Assembly: GCA_038087875.1 (NCBI GenBank)
Contig: CM075996.1
Coordinates: 7,380,001 to 7,444,000 of the forward strand
Direction: 5' to 3'
From: Malacoraja senta
Taxonomy: Eukaryota
Length of the DNA stretch: 64,000 nt
Shown: in pieces, positions 63,161-64,000 of the stretch
How positions within the stretch are numbered: the first letter of the stretch is position 1
How the letters are laid out: every line of letters begins with the position of its first letter
Made by a program: the position numbers and the translations under genes
The notes under the pieces: model-generated
Databases searched by the model: none
What the model was told of the DNA's origin: nothing
What the model saw: the letters and a program-made list of their open reading frames with translations, nothing else

Positions 63161-64000
63161 CAGAGATGCTGCAAGACCCGCTGAGTTACTCCAGCACATT
63201 GTCCTTTGCTCAAGATTCCAGCATCTGCAGTTCCTCGTTTGTTCAGACTATGTTGGAGGTTGAATCATTTGTCTTTATTCCCACATTCCTCATCCTCTCT
63301 CCCCGTACAATACTGAGGTAGTGCCACACTGTTGGTGCTACGTTTCCAATCATTCAATAAACCAAGGCTTTCTCAGTCTGAAGAAGGGTCTCGACCTGAA
63401 ACGACACCTATTCCTTCGCTCCATAGATGCTGCCTCACCCGCTGAGTTTCTCCAGCATTTTTGTCTACCTCTTTCTCAGTTAGTTTGGTTTAATTTAGAG
63501 ATGCAGTGTGGGAAGAGGCCTTTCAGCCCATCGAGTCCGTGCCGACCAAATATCACCTGTACACACTAGTTCTATCCGACTCACTAGGGGCAATATATAG
63601 AAGCCAATTAACCTACACACCTGCAGGTCTTTGGAATGACTAAAGCCCCTGTCCCACTTACGTGTCCTTGGCACGCTAATTACGCGACCTCGTGGTCGCG
63701 TTGAGGCGCGACGGTCCCGCGAAGGTCGCATGCGATTTCATTTGACGTCATTTGAAGATAGACACAAAATGCTGGAGTAACTCAGCAGGACAGGCAGCAT
63801 CTCTGGAGAGAAGGAATGGGTGACGTTTCGGGTCGAGACTCTTCTTCAGTCTGAAAGGACCATAGCGCATTCTTTTGTTTTTTGTACAAAAATCCAAAAA
63901 TTCTGGTATGAAATATTTGATATTTTTTCAAAATTAATTAAAATAAAACTGGTACCAAAACCAGAATGGATCATTTTTGGAATATCGGATGGTATCCCTG

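Overview
Eukaryotic, repeat-rich vertebrate DNA. The HE1-like tRNA-SINEs and HER1/CR1-like LINEs point to an elasmobranch such as a skate or ray (inference). Two convergent spliced genes are present. (1) On +, an insulin-like growth factor gene: leader exon 6520-6597, signal/B-domain exon 8489-8648 and weak candidate E-peptide exons at 20470-20555 and 22640-22733. The C/A/D-domain exon was not found and may lie in the N-gap at 15119-15318. (2) On -, a RIC8/synembryn gene: an extra 93-nt acidic exon at 61289-61381 plus the equivalents of exons 3-10, ending at TGA 27265; exons 1-2 were not found and probably lie beyond the window. Exon 3 uses a GC donor. A ~10.4 kb direct duplication (27437-37902 vs 38103-48470) straddles the second N-gap and is probably an assembly artefact. 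The rest is CR1, Rex1/Babar-like and Penelope-like retroelements (with hammerhead-like motifs), tRNA-SINEs, Harbinger-like MITEs and simple repeats. Exon numbering and family comparisons rest on recalled vertebrate sequences, not database searches.
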